Notes: generated by a model not told the origin, from the sequence alone. A stretch of 64,000 nt of DNA from Phycisphaerae bacterium (GCA_029858345.1 JAOUFG010000002.1:13903-77902), one strand, 5' to 3'; shown: positions 27,786-37,667, counted from the stretch's first letter. Translations and numbers: made by a program.

Positions 27786-29072
27786 ATGAGCAGCAATTTC
27801 ACAGTACAGATCAAAGACATCACCACCATCAAACCCTACGATAACAACCCTCGCATCAATGACGATGCGGTGGATGCGGTAGCGGCCAGCCTGAAAGAGT
27901 TTGGATTCCGACAGCCGATTGTGGTCGATGGCGACGGGATCATTGTCTGCGGCCACACCCGCTACAAGGCGGCACTGCAGTTGGGACTGACCAAAGTCCC
28001 GGTCCATGTGGCGACCGATTTGACTCCCGAACAGATCCGGGCGTATCGCATCGCGGATAATAAAACCGCCGACCTGGCCGAGTGGGATTATGACATCCTG
28101 CCGATTGAGTTATCAGAACTGGCCGATGCCGGATTCGATATGGACCTGCTGGCCTTCGATGAAAAAGAACTGAACAAGCTGCTGGACACCGAGATCCAGC
28201 AGGGACTGACCGACCCGGATGATATCCCCGACGTTCCGGACGAACCGATATCACAATCAGGAGATCTGTGGCTCCTGGGCAGTCACCGTCTGCTGTGCGG
28301 GGATTCAACGAACGCGGATGATTTCAAGCGGCTTATGGATGGGCACAAGGCGGAGATGGTGTTTTGCGATCCCCCGTACAATGTCAATTATGGAGCAACC
28401 ATGAAGGACACCCTCCGCGGTAAGGATGGGCACAAGAACCGGGCCGGCAGCAAACCGGGGCGTAAAATCCTCAACGATAATCTCGGCGACAACTTCGGGG
28501 CTTTTCTGAAAGCTGCCTGCCAGCAGATTGTTGACCATTGTTCCGGTGCGATCTACATCTGCATGTCCTCCTCGGAACTGGATACTCTGCAGGAGGCGTT
28601 CCGTTCGGTCGGTGGCCACTGGTCGACGTTTATCATCTGGGCCAAAAACACCTTCACCATGGGCCGGGCGGATTACCAGCGGCAGTATGAACCGATTCTG
28701 TACGGCTGGCCCGAAGGTGCCAAACGCTATTGGTGCGGGGACCGCAACCAGGCGGATGTCTGGGAGGTCAATAAACCCCGCAAGAACGATCTGCATCCGA
28801 CCATGAAACCGGTCGAGCTGATCCTGCGGGCGGTGACCAACAGCTCCAAGCAGGGAGCGATTGTCCTGGACCCATTCATGGGCTCCGGTTCCACCCTGAT
28901 CGCCTGCGAGCAATCCAACCGCACCTGCTATGGCATGGAACTGGACCCGGGCTATTGCGATGTGGTGGTCCAGCGTTGGGAAGAGTTTACCGGAAACAAA
29001 GCGGAGCGGATCGAAGCGACGAAGAAAACCCCGGCAGAGGATACCGAGGTTCAAGAAGAGGTGAAGGTCTAA
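27786..29072 (+). CDS. ParB-like N-terminal domain fused to an N6/N4 DNA methyltransferase
   Basis: ParB-type IKPYDNNPR...GHTRYKAA, then motif IV FCDPPYNV and motif I VLDPFMGSGSTLIA. Confidence 0.8.
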   Translation: MSSNFTVQIKDITTIKPYDNNPRINDDAVDAVAASLKEFGFRQPIVVDGDGIIVCGHTRYKAALQLGLTKVPVHVATDLTPEQIRAYRIADNKTADLAEWDYDILPIELSELADAGFDMDLLAFDEKELNKLLDTEIQQGLTDPDDIPDVPDEPISQSGDLWLLGSHRLLCGDSTNADDFKRLMDGHKAEMVFCDPPYNVNYGATMKDTLRGKDGHKNRAGSKPGRKILNDNLGDNFGAFLKAACQQIVDHCSGAIYICMSSSELDTLQEAFRSVGGHWSTFIIWAKNTFTMGRADYQRQYEPILYGWPEGAKRYWCGDRNQADVWEVNKPRKNDLHPTMKPVELILRAVTNSSKQGAIVLDPFMGSGSTLIACEQSNRTCYGMELDPGYCDVVVQRWEEFTGNKAERIEATKKTPAEDTEVQEEVKV

Positions 29073-29080
29073 TGGTTCAG

Positions 29081-29602
29081 TTAGCCGTTGGCCAGTGCAA
29101 ACTGCCCGCGTCCGACTTTTTCAAATCGAGAGTCGGTCCCTTTGACCTTGATCTCCTTGCAAATGGCAGCATGCAATGTGTTCTGCGGCGTCTTGCCGGC
29201 CTTCTTCGGTTGCCAGTAATTCTTCTCCGTCATGGTATCGATCAGCTGCCGGCAGTTCATGGGTTCGCTGGCTTCGGCCAGCACCCGTGCCGCAGCGTCC
29301 AGGGCCGAGACCTGTTTGACTCGCAGGGTGTTGGCCACAGGTGGCGGTGTGTCAGGGATCTTCGGTTTGTCGGGCGATTGGATCGGGGCTGGATCTTCGG
29401 TCGCCACAGGCCGCGACGTGACGGCTTGTTTGGCAAACCCGCGCAAGCCTTGGGCTGATTTAATCCGCACCGTTTTGCCGGTGGCCAGGTTCTTCGCATC
29501 CCAGCCGCCGTGAGGGTTTTCGGCAATGATCTCGACGACAACCAGCTTGTTGGTCACTTTGGCGGTGTACTGTTTTGAGATGTGTACATCTGATGTTTTC
29601 AT
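29081..29602 (-). CDS. HARE-HTH domain protein
   Basis: C-terminal SALDAAARVLAEASEPMNCRQLIDTM...TPQNTLHAAICKEI...SRFEKVGRGQFALA matches the HARE-HTH pattern. Confidence 0.6.
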   Translation of the reverse strand: MKTSDVHISKQYTAKVTNKLVVVEIIAENPHGGWDAKNLATGKTVRIKSAQGLRGFAKQAVTSRPVATEDPAPIQSPDKPKIPDTPPPVANTLRVKQVSALDAAARVLAEASEPMNCRQLIDTMTEKNYWQPKKAGKTPQNTLHAAICKEIKVKGTDSRFEKVGRGQFALANG

Positions 29603-29625
29603 GGGTCTGTCCTTTCAAAAATATG

Positions 29626-29895
29626 TTAATCAATAAAATTTTCCAAAATCCGGTAATAGTCATGCACCATAGAGTTGGTGCCTTTGCATCCGTCCAGATG
29701 GTACTGCAGGCACTCGGCCATGGAGAAGATGTCTTCGGGGCTGTCGGCCTCGACGATGTGCTCCCGCTCGCTGTCGGGACCGATAATGGTGACCGTGATA
29801 TATTCGTTACCAGGAGTGCGATGGAGGGTCGCGAAGTATTCGGGCAGGTTATTTTTGTTCAGTCGTCCCGCGAGTTTCATTTCGGTGATATGCAT
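29626..29895 (-). CDS. Hypothetical protein (antisense cassette)
   Basis: Track ORF in a tightly spaced four-gene minus-strand block. Confidence 0.5.
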   Translation of the reverse strand: MHITEMKLAGRLNKNNLPEYFATLHRTPGNEYITVTIIGPDSEREHIVEADSPEDIFSMAECLQYHLDGCKGTNSMVHDYYRILENFID

Positions 29896-29910
29896 GGTTT
29901 GATCTCCCTG

Positions 29911-30189
29911 TTAGCAGGCTCCGTTTTCTTTAGCGATAAAGTTGTACAGTCTGACCGGGATCTCTTCGCGTACAGCCGTATCAACCCAGTAAATCGTCGA
30001 CCAGGCCGATTCATAATCGCCGTCGTTAATAAAGTTCAGGATGTCTGTCAGGTCCTTGACGTCTTTTTCGTACATGCGGGCCATCTCAATATCCTGTTTT
30101 TTCATTTCCGCTTCACACCAGCGTTGCCGGGTGGCGATTCGGCCTTGCAGCTTTTTAAGGTCTGTGTTCATGGCTTTGTAAGTGCTCAT
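29911..30189 (-). CDS. Hypothetical protein (antisense cassette)
   Basis: Track ORF, 15 nt from its downstream neighbour; helical and charged. Confidence 0.5.
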   Translation of the reverse strand: MSTYKAMNTDLKKLQGRIATRQRWCEAEMKKQDIEMARMYEKDVKDLTDILNFINDGDYESAWSTIYWVDTAVREEIPVRLYNFIAKENGAC

Positions 30190-30201
30190 GGTCGTTCCTT
30201 T

Positions 30202-30456
30202 CTATGCTTGGGTTTCTTTTTTGATTTCCGCGTCGGCCCAGGCTTCGGCCAGGCCGTCTTTGATCATGTCCTGTTCGATGCCGCTCATAAAGCTCAGGGT
30301 CTCAACCAGGTCTGTTCTGATTTTGCTGAGGCTTCCGACGTGAGCCCAGTTCAGATTCGCGGGCTGTTTATCCAGTTCGCATTCAAACCAGCCCAGCAGG
30401 TTGGCGATGTCGGTTTTGACGCTGTCGTAGGCTTTTGTGAGGTCTGCGTTTGCCAT
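30202..30456 (-). CDS. Hypothetical protein (first gene of the antisense cassette)
   Basis: Track ORF adjacent to the AT-rich divergent intergenic region 30457-30600. Confidence 0.5.
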   Translation of the reverse strand: MANADLTKAYDSVKTDIANLLGWFECELDKQPANLNWAHVGSLSKIRTDLVETLSFMSGIEQDMIKDGLAEAWADAEIKKETQA

Positions 30457-30600
30457 GGTTTTTCCTTTCGTAAGTCGTTGTTAATGTTTGGTTTACATAC
30501 GCCATATATGCTTGTTTTTGAAATCTTATCAAGTCATATAAGTCATTATTATTAAAGAATTTGCATTAATTTTATTAGTTCCGGACAAGGATTCGATACA

Positions 30601-30801
30601 ATGGGTAAATCCCTCAAAATAACCGCTTTAAGCCCCGAAGAACTGGCCAATGTGCTCTCACAGGCCGGCCGTAAAGCCATCTCGGCCGCTGATGTGCGGA
30701 TAATTGCCGAAACAGCGGGGATACTTGCCCCGGACGAGACCATTAATTTGATTGATTACACCGCATTTTTAGCTCAGGAGGTCGCCGGTGGCGCAGATTA
30801 A
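30601..30801 (+). CDS. Putative small terminase / DNA-binding protein (by position)
   Basis: 66-aa ORF overlapping the TerL start by 14 nt. No motif recognised. Confidence 0.4.
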   Translation: MGKSLKITALSPEELANVLSQAGRKAISAADVRIIAETAGILAPDETINLIDYTAFLAQEVAGGAD

Positions 30802-33049
30802 TCCGACCAAACTCAAACCCACTGACCTGACACGCCTACTCAATTCGGCTGGATTCGGCGAAGTGATCAGCGAGCATATCCTGCGCCGTCACCGCAATCG
30901 TGCCGGTTACACCATCGGTGATGCGAAAACAGTGGATTTATTTCGGTATGCGGCATGGTTGACACACCAGTATCTGTCGCCACCGAAAGAGGCTCGCGAC
31001 TATGACCAGATGAAAGAAGCGTCGCGAAAACGAATCGCCGACATGGTTCGTGCCGGTCAGGACATTGGTCAGCTCCCAGCTGTTGTAAATCCTGATCGCA
31101 AAGCCAAGGCGATGGCCAGCTTTAAGTATTTCTGCGAGGTATATTTTCCCGATGTGTTTTACCTGCCGTGGTCAGAGGACCATCACAAAGTGATCGCCAA
31201 GATCGAGCAGGCGGTTCTTAAAGGCGGGTTGTTTGCATTGGCCATGCCTCGAGGCAGCGGTAAAACGGTTTTAATGCAGATGGCCTGCCTGTGGTCGGCG
31301 CTGATTGGCGCGACGGAGTTTGTGTGTCTGATTGCTGCCTCCGCTGACCGTGCAAAAAACCTCCTGGAAAATATCAAGGTCTGGCTGGAGACCAATGAGC
31401 TGCTGGCAGAGGATTTTCCGGAGGTGACATTCCCGATCCGGGCGTTAGAGCGGATCACCAATCGACAGAAAGGTCAGCGATACAACGGCATCTCGACCCG
31501 CATTGACTGGTCGGCCGATAAGGTTGTGCTGCCGACCATCGAGGGTAGCACGGCATCCGGCGTGGTGATCTCCTGTTCGGGCATGCGAGGCTCTGATATC
31601 CGCGGCCAAAACCATGCCCGTGCCGATGGCAAGGTGGTCCGTCCACAACTGGTGATGGTCGATGACCCGCAGACGACCGAATCGGCATGGAGTCCGTCGC
31701 AATCCCAGCGTCGCGAGGCGATCTTGGCCGGGGATGTCCTGGGTATGGCTGGTCCGGGCAAGAAGATCTCCGGCCTGATGGCCTGTACTGTCATCCGACC
31801 CCAAGATATGGCCGACAACATCCTGGACCGGGAAAAGCACCCCGAATGGCAAGGCGAACGGACCAAAATGGTCTATGTGTTCCCGACCAACGAGAAACTC
31901 TGGGCACAGTACGCTGAAATCCGTGCCGATTCCTTGCGAAACGACGGGGATGGATCTGAGGCAACCGATTTTTACCGTGATAACCGCGAGGCAATGGATG
32001 CCGGTTCGGTGATTGCCTGGCCCGAGCGACACAATACTGATGAATTATCCGCGATTCAACACGCCATGAATCTCAGGCTTCGGGATGAGGCGGCATTCTT
32101 TGCCGAGTACCAGAACGAACCCATCGTCGAGACCGAGGGCGAGGAAATGCTCGGAGTCGATGAAATCGCTGCCAAACTGAACGGCTACAATCGCAGTATC
32201 GTTCCGATTTCCTGTAATCATCTGACGATGTTCATCGATGTGCAGCAAAAGGCGCTGTTTTGGATGACATGCGCGTGGGAGACAGATTTTACCGGCTATA
32301 TTCTCGACTACGGCACCTGGCCGGACCAGAAAAGAACCTACTTTACCCTGCGGGATGTCCGGCGCACCATTGCCCAGCAAAAACCGGGGGCAGGACTGGA
32401 AGGTGCCATTTATCATGCCCTCCAGGAATTAACCGAAGAGAAGCTATCTCGCTTTTACCACCGGGAGGATGGGCTGGAGGTCAAGATCGACCGCTGTCTG
32501 ATTGATGCCAATTGGGGCCAGAGCACGGATGTGGTCTATCAATTCTGCCGGCAGTCACGATACTCCGGTATTGTCGTACCCAGTCATGGTAAATATGTGG
32601 GAGCCTCCTCGATTCCGTTTTCCGAATACAAACGCAAACGCGGGGACCGGGTGGGACTGCACTGGCGGATTCCCAATACGACTGGCAAGCGGGCGGTGCG
32701 GCATGTCCTGATTGACACGAACTACTGGAAAACCTTTGTTCATGCACGTCTGGCGGTGGCGATGGGGGACCCGGGCGCACTATCGCTGTATGGTCGTGAT
32801 GAAAAGCTGCACCGATTACTGGCAGAGCACCTGACGGCCGAATACCGCATCAAGACGATGGCACGGGACCGTACCGTGGATGAATGGAAACTTAAGGCCA
32901 TCCGGCCGGATAACCATTGGTTTGACTGTTTGGTCGGATGCGGGGTTGCCGCTTCAATGGAGGGAGCCAAGCTATTTGGAACCGAGTTTAATCCACAGCC
33001 TCGGGCCACTCGAATCAAGCTCTCAGAGCTTCAAAAGAAGCATCGATAA
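30788..33049 (+). CDS. Terminase large subunit (GpA-like)
   Basis: Walker A AMPRGSGKT, Walker B-like LVMVDDPQT, size and position upstream of the portal. AGGAGG RBS before the GTG. Confidence 0.8.
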   Translation: MAQINPTKLKPTDLTRLLNSAGFGEVISEHILRRHRNRAGYTIGDAKTVDLFRYAAWLTHQYLSPPKEARDYDQMKEASRKRIADMVRAGQDIGQLPAVVNPDRKAKAMASFKYFCEVYFPDVFYLPWSEDHHKVIAKIEQAVLKGGLFALAMPRGSGKTVLMQMACLWSALIGATEFVCLIAASADRAKNLLENIKVWLETNELLAEDFPEVTFPIRALERITNRQKGQRYNGISTRIDWSADKVVLPTIEGSTASGVVISCSGMRGSDIRGQNHARADGKVVRPQLVMVDDPQTTESAWSPSQSQRREAILAGDVLGMAGPGKKISGLMACTVIRPQDMADNILDREKHPEWQGERTKMVYVFPTNEKLWAQYAEIRADSLRNDGDGSEATDFYRDNREAMDAGSVIAWPERHNTDELSAIQHAMNLRLRDEAAFFAEYQNEPIVETEGEEMLGVDEIAAKLNGYNRSIVPISCNHLTMFIDVQQKALFWMTCAWETDFTGYILDYGTWPDQKRTYFTLRDVRRTIAQQKPGAGLEGAIYHALQELTEEKLSRFYHREDGLEVKIDRCLIDANWGQSTDVVYQFCRQSRYSGIVVPSHGKYVGASSIPFSEYKRKRGDRVGLHWRIPNTTGKRAVRHVLIDTNYWKTFVHARLAVAMGDPGALSLYGRDEKLHRLLAEHLTAEYRIKTMARDRTVDEWKLKAIRPDNHWFDCLVGCGVAASMEGAKLFGTEFNPQPRATRIKLSELQKKHR

Positions 33050-33100
33050 AAAAATATTTACAAAATTAGAAAAAAGTTTGTTACGGAGGCCTGTTTTTCC

Positions 33101-33661
33101 ATGAGTATATATAATAGAGGGCAACACTTTTTTGAATCAATCAACCAAACTATCACTGAAAACCAGAACCTAATTCACGAAGTCATCAAGAAACACTACT
33201 CGCATCTGAAGCCCTGGCAAACAGATGAATTGTTTGCCGATGGCATTTTGGGATTATGGGCAGCCGTCAAACAATATAAACCTGGCAAGCAAAGTTTTAA
33301 ATCCTACGCGAAGATTCAGATTCGATTGCATATTCGACGCGGGCTTGTTGATCGCCAGGATCCACTGGTTCGTCATCTTGAAGGTGAGAAATACACCATA
33401 CAGCAATTTGTCGAACTGGGTTTTGATCAGGGTCAGCCACATGAAGGCTTTAATCATACGGAAACAAATGATCTCGTTTACCTCTTGATCAACGAATTAA
33501 CAGATCACGAAAAACGAATCATCCATGAGCATTTCTGGGAAGATTTAAGTTTTAGTAAAGTTGCGAAGCATTACGGAACCACCAAACGACATATTCAGCT
33601 ATTAATTGAATCCGTCATTAAAAAAATGAGACAGCATGCAGAAAGAATTGATGCATTATGA
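33101..33661 (+). CDS. Sigma-70 family sigma factor inserted between terminase and portal
   Basis: Region 2-like DELFADGILGLWAAVKQYKP...SYAKIQIRLHIRRGL and region 4 LTDHEKRIIHEHFWEDLSFSKVAKHYGTTKRHIQLLIESVIKKMR. Visibly more AT-rich than its flanks. Confidence 0.75.
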   Translation: MSIYNRGQHFFESINQTITENQNLIHEVIKKHYSHLKPWQTDELFADGILGLWAAVKQYKPGKQSFKSYAKIQIRLHIRRGLVDRQDPLVRHLEGEKYTIQQFVELGFDQGQPHEGFNHTETNDLVYLLINELTDHEKRIIHEHFWEDLSFSKVAKHYGTTKRHIQLLIESVIKKMRQHAERIDAL

Positions 33662-33858
33662 GTGACAACACACTGGAAACAGCAATTAAAGACAACGCCG
33701 CTGGCCCAAAAAGCGCCAGCGGTGACGCAGGAAGCGTCCAGCAGCATTCACTGACTGATCAGATCGCTGCTGATAAACATATTCAGTCCAAAGAGGCAAT
33801 GAAGACCAAGGGATTGGGAGTCAAGCTCGTCAAACTCTCTCCCGGAGGCACTGTCTAA
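33658..33858 (+). CDS. Small head-module protein (gpW position)
   Basis: 66-aa ORF overlapping both neighbours (ATGA and TAATG junctions). Confidence 0.45.
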   Translation: MSDNTLETAIKDNAAGPKSASGDAGSVQQHSLTDQIAADKHIQSKEAMKTKGLGVKLVKLSPGGTV

Positions 33859-35264
33859 TGTGGCCATTTCGGTCTAAAGCTAAAACAATTCGCAGAACCA
33901 TGCCGGTGACGCTGCATGCAAAGTACGATGCAGCGCAAACCACCCGCGAGAACATCCGACATTGGATTATGGCGGACGGTCTTTCAGCGGATGCGGCGGT
34001 CAGCAGTGATGTCCGGAAAAAACTCCGCGAGCGGGCACGATATGAGGTAGCCAATAATTCTTATGCCAAGGGCATTGTCCTGACTCTGGCCAATGATTGT
34101 GTGGGCACGGGACCGCGATTGCAGGTGCTGACTGCAGATACTGAATTTAATCGCCAAGTTGAGACAGCGTTTAGTCAGTGGGCACAGGCGGTTGGACTGG
34201 CGGCGAAACTTCGAACGATGCGGATGGCAAAATCAACCGATGGCGAGACATTTGCTGTTTTAGCAGGCAATCATAATGTTTCTGGTCCCGTGAAACTGGA
34301 CCTTCACTTGGTCGAGGCCGACCGGGTGACAACGCCGTATGTCAAACTCTTGGACGACACAGGCATTGATGGGATTGAGTTTGATTCCAACGGCAATCCT
34401 GTCCGCTACACCATTCTGCGGTATCATCCCGGCGACCTGCGGGCAACGATTAATGATTTTGATGTGATTGATGCCGATGCAGTCATCCACTGGTTCCGTC
34501 CGGACCGTCCCGGTCAGCACCGCGGCGTACCGGAGATTACGCCGGCATTACCATTGTTTGCTCAATTGCGGCGATACACATTGGCGGTGCTGGGTGCTGC
34601 TGAAACCGCCGCGGATTTTGCAGCGGTTTTATTTACCGATGCACCGGCGAATGGAGAAGCGGCCTCGGTGGAGCCGATGGACGTGGTCGATCTCGAAAAA
34701 CGCATGGCAACGGTGCTGCCGGACGGCTGGAAACTGGGGCAGATCAAGGCAGAACAACCAGCGACCAGTTATGCGGAATTCAAAAAAGAAATCCTGAACG
34801 AAATCGCCCGCTGTCTGAATCTGCCGTACAACATCGCGGCGTGTAATTCGTCGGGATACAATTATGCCAGTGGGAGGCTCGATTGGCAGACCTTCGCCAG
34901 GGCCATTCGCGTTGAACAGGCGGACATGGCATCGGTGGTGCTGGATAAGATTCTCGCGGCATGGATGTATGAGGCGATGCTGTCCAGTGAGTTCTCGGTT
35001 TTACGAACGCTGGGATACCTGCCGCATCAGTGGTTCTTTGACGGCACCGAGCATGTCGACCCGGCTAAAGAAGCCAATGCCCAAAAGACCCGCTTAGATT
35101 CCAATACCACGACTTTAGCCGCTGAATTTGCTCGCCAGGGTAAAGACTGGGAGACCGAACTGACGCAGCGTGCAAAAGAAAAACAACTCATGGCCGAACT
35201 GGGCCTGACTGAAACAGCAACCGAAACCGCCACTTTAGTAGAGGACGACGATGACGAAGAATAA
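33858..35264 (+). CDS. Portal protein (lambda family)
   Basis: Size, acidic C-terminus (VEDDDDEE), ANNSYAKGIVLTLANDCVGTGPRLQ segment and position after TerL. Confidence 0.75.
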   Translation: MWPFRSKAKTIRRTMPVTLHAKYDAAQTTRENIRHWIMADGLSADAAVSSDVRKKLRERARYEVANNSYAKGIVLTLANDCVGTGPRLQVLTADTEFNRQVETAFSQWAQAVGLAAKLRTMRMAKSTDGETFAVLAGNHNVSGPVKLDLHLVEADRVTTPYVKLLDDTGIDGIEFDSNGNPVRYTILRYHPGDLRATINDFDVIDADAVIHWFRPDRPGQHRGVPEITPALPLFAQLRRYTLAVLGAAETAADFAAVLFTDAPANGEAASVEPMDVVDLEKRMATVLPDGWKLGQIKAEQPATSYAEFKKEILNEIARCLNLPYNIAACNSSGYNYASGRLDWQTFARAIRVEQADMASVVLDKILAAWMYEAMLSSEFSVLRTLGYLPHQWFFDGTEHVDPAKEANAQKTRLDSNTTTLAAEFARQGKDWETELTQRAKEKQLMAELGLTETATETATLVEDDDDEE

Positions 35265-37227
35265 TATCCCCGACAACATTCAGTTTCAATGTGCACTGAC
35301 AATCGATGCCGCTGCCGATGATAAGGCGGTTCCGAAGTTTTCGATGGTCGCCTATACGGGCGGACCCATGAAGATCGCCGGGTTTACCCATCCGGTCGTG
35401 GTTGATCTGGAGGGTCTGTCCATTGACCGACAGAATATCCCCATTCGCTTGGACCACAATCCCAAACAAGGCGTCGGTCATACCGACCGCGTCGTCATCG
35501 AGAACGGACAAGTCATGGCGGAGGGACTGATTTCTCGCGACACCAGTTGGGCACGGGATGTGACTAAAAGCGGCAAAAACGGTTTTCCCTGGCAGGCCAG
35601 CATCGGTGCCGAGATCATCCAGGCCGAATTTGTCCCCAACGGCAATCAGATTCAAGTTAACGGTAGGACTTTTGACGGTCCTTTATATGTCATTCGAAAA
35701 TCCATTCTTAAGGAGATTAGCTTCGTGGATCAAGGCGCAGATAACAAAACAACGGCCCAGGTAGCGGCCCAATCAGGAGAACAAAAACAGATGAACGATG
35801 AAACAAAAACAACCGACGTTAAAGTTCAAGCAGTCGCGACTGAAGCGGTCAAAGAAGATGTCCAGGCATCCGAAGCGCACACCTGCCAGTGCAAAACCAA
35901 ACAGGCAGAAAAGATTGAAGCCGCGGCTGCGCCCGATCTGGTGGCGGACATGCGTCAAAAAGTGGCTGCCGAAACGCAGCGTATCCAGGCCGTCCGCGAT
36001 GTGTGCGACGGAAAACACGCCGATATCGAGGCCAAGGCCATCGAAGAAGGCTGGGATGTAACCAAATGTGAGCTGGAAGTCTTACGGGCTTCTCGTCCGA
36101 AGGCCCCAGTGGTCCACACCCAAAAGTCGGTTGCAACGCCTCAGGTGTTTGAAGCGGTGGCGCTGATGAGTTCGGGACTCGGCAATGCTCGCTTGGAGGC
36201 GATGTATGATGCTCCCATTCTGGAGGCGGCCGACAAACTTCGCGGCATCGGTATCCAGGAGTTCTGTGAAAAGATCGTCGGCAACCAACTTCCGCGGTTC
36301 CGCCGGGATGCCTCTGGATGGTTGCAGGCAGCGTTTAGCACAACCTCACTGCCGGGAATCCTTAGTAACATCGCCAATAAGATGCTGCTGGAAGGGTATA
36401 ATTATATCGAGGATGCCTGGCGTCAGATCTGCAAGATCGCATCGGTTAACGATTTCAAGGAGCACACCCGGTATCGTATGACCGGCGCGTTTAAGTTCGA
36501 GCCGGTCGGCGCTGACGGTGAGCTCAAACACGGCAAGCTCGACGAGATGAAGTTTGGTCAGAAGGCAGACACCCACGGGATCATGTTTGCCCTGACCCGC
36601 CAGATGATCATCAACGATGACATGGGTGCGTTCACCGATATCCCGCGTCAGATCGGTATGGGAGCAGCGGAAGCCATCGCCGATGCGGTATGGGGGCTGT
36701 TGCTTTCCAATCCCAACAACTTCTTTTCGGCCGGGAATAAGAACTACGCCGAAGGCGTCGACACCGCACTGAGCATCGATGCCCTGACGGCGGCCGAAAT
36801 CCTGTTCGGCGAGCAGACCAAACCCAATGGTCGTCCGCTGGGGATCAGCCCGCGCATCCTGCTGGTTCCGATTGCCCTGAAGGTAATTGCTACCAGCCTG
36901 ATGAAATCGCTGGAACTCAATGAAACGACGACTGCGAACAAGGGCAAGCCCAAGAGCAATCCGCATGTTGGCAAATTCGATGTGGTTTCCAGTTCGTTCT
37001 TGAGCAATGCATCGTTTAGCGGCGCTTCAGCCAAAGCCTGGTACTTGTTCGCTGATCCGAACCGGCTGCCCGCATTGGAAGTGGCGTTCCTGAACGGCGT
37101 GGACCGACCGACGGTGGAGAAAACCGATGCCGACTTCAACACGCTGGGGATTCAATTCCGCGGGTACATCGATTTCGGAGTTCGCGAGCAGGACCATCGC
37201 GGGGGCGCGAAGTTCAAAGGCGAATAA
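35251..37227 (+). CDS. Head maturation protease / scaffold-like linker / major capsid protein fusion
   Basis: 658-aa ORF: N-terminal protease-like part (FSMVAYTGGPMKIAGF...), a charged Ala/Glu/Lys linker, and a C-terminal roughly 330-aa capsid-like part. Directly after the portal. Confidence 0.6.
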   Translation: MTKNNIPDNIQFQCALTIDAAADDKAVPKFSMVAYTGGPMKIAGFTHPVVVDLEGLSIDRQNIPIRLDHNPKQGVGHTDRVVIENGQVMAEGLISRDTSWARDVTKSGKNGFPWQASIGAEIIQAEFVPNGNQIQVNGRTFDGPLYVIRKSILKEISFVDQGADNKTTAQVAAQSGEQKQMNDETKTTDVKVQAVATEAVKEDVQASEAHTCQCKTKQAEKIEAAAAPDLVADMRQKVAAETQRIQAVRDVCDGKHADIEAKAIEEGWDVTKCELEVLRASRPKAPVVHTQKSVATPQVFEAVALMSSGLGNARLEAMYDAPILEAADKLRGIGIQEFCEKIVGNQLPRFRRDASGWLQAAFSTTSLPGILSNIANKMLLEGYNYIEDAWRQICKIASVNDFKEHTRYRMTGAFKFEPVGADGELKHGKLDEMKFGQKADTHGIMFALTRQMIINDDMGAFTDIPRQIGMGAAEAIADAVWGLLLSNPNNFFSAGNKNYAEGVDTALSIDALTAAEILFGEQTKPNGRPLGISPRILLVPIALKVIATSLMKSLELNETTTANKGKPKSNPHVGKFDVVSSSFLSNASFSGASAKAWYLFADPNRLPALEVAFLNGVDRPTVEKTDADFNTLGIQFRGYIDFGVREQDHRGGAKFKGE

Positions 37228-37251
37228 TCCGCCAGCGAAATAATCAAGCCC

Positions 37252-37277
37252 GAGGGCCAGGCTTGGCCTGGTCCCTC
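37252..37277 (+). terminator. GC-rich hairpin after the capsid gene (no U-tract)
   Basis: GAGGGCCAGGC-TT-GCCTGGTCCCTC, 25 nt after the stop codon. Confidence 0.4.
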
Positions 37278-37325
37278 AAGCTTGTGTGGATGACAACCAA
37301 TTCATTTCTTTAGAGAGGATATTCT

Positions 37326-37667
37326 ATGGCAATTGCACAATTTGTTCAACAGGGAAATTCAATTGATCACACACCGAGTAGTGCTATTACCGCCGGTGAT
37401 GTGGTGGTCCAAGGTGATCTGATTGGTATTGCACAGATTGACTGTGCGGCTGACCAGCTCGGGGCGCTGGCTGTAAGCGGTGTCTTTGATATTGATAAGG
37501 CAACGGGGGTCGGAACCGGAATCTCAGTCGGCACCAAGGTCTACTGGGACGTCGCTGACCAGCAGGCCAAGGCGGATGATGAGTCCGGGGCCAATAAATA
37601 CCTGGGTAAAACCATCGCTGCCGCCGGTGATGATGACGCCAAGGTGCGGGTACGGTTGGAACAGTGA
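37326..37667 (+). CDS. DUF2190-like head decoration/cement protein
   Basis: FVQQGNSIDHTP...AGDVVVQGDLIGIAQID...GALAVSGVFD pattern typical of DUF2190. AGAGAGGA RBS. Confidence 0.6.
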   Translation: MAIAQFVQQGNSIDHTPSSAITAGDVVVQGDLIGIAQIDCAADQLGALAVSGVFDIDKATGVGTGISVGTKVYWDVADQQAKADDESGANKYLGKTIAAAGDDDAKVRVRLEQ

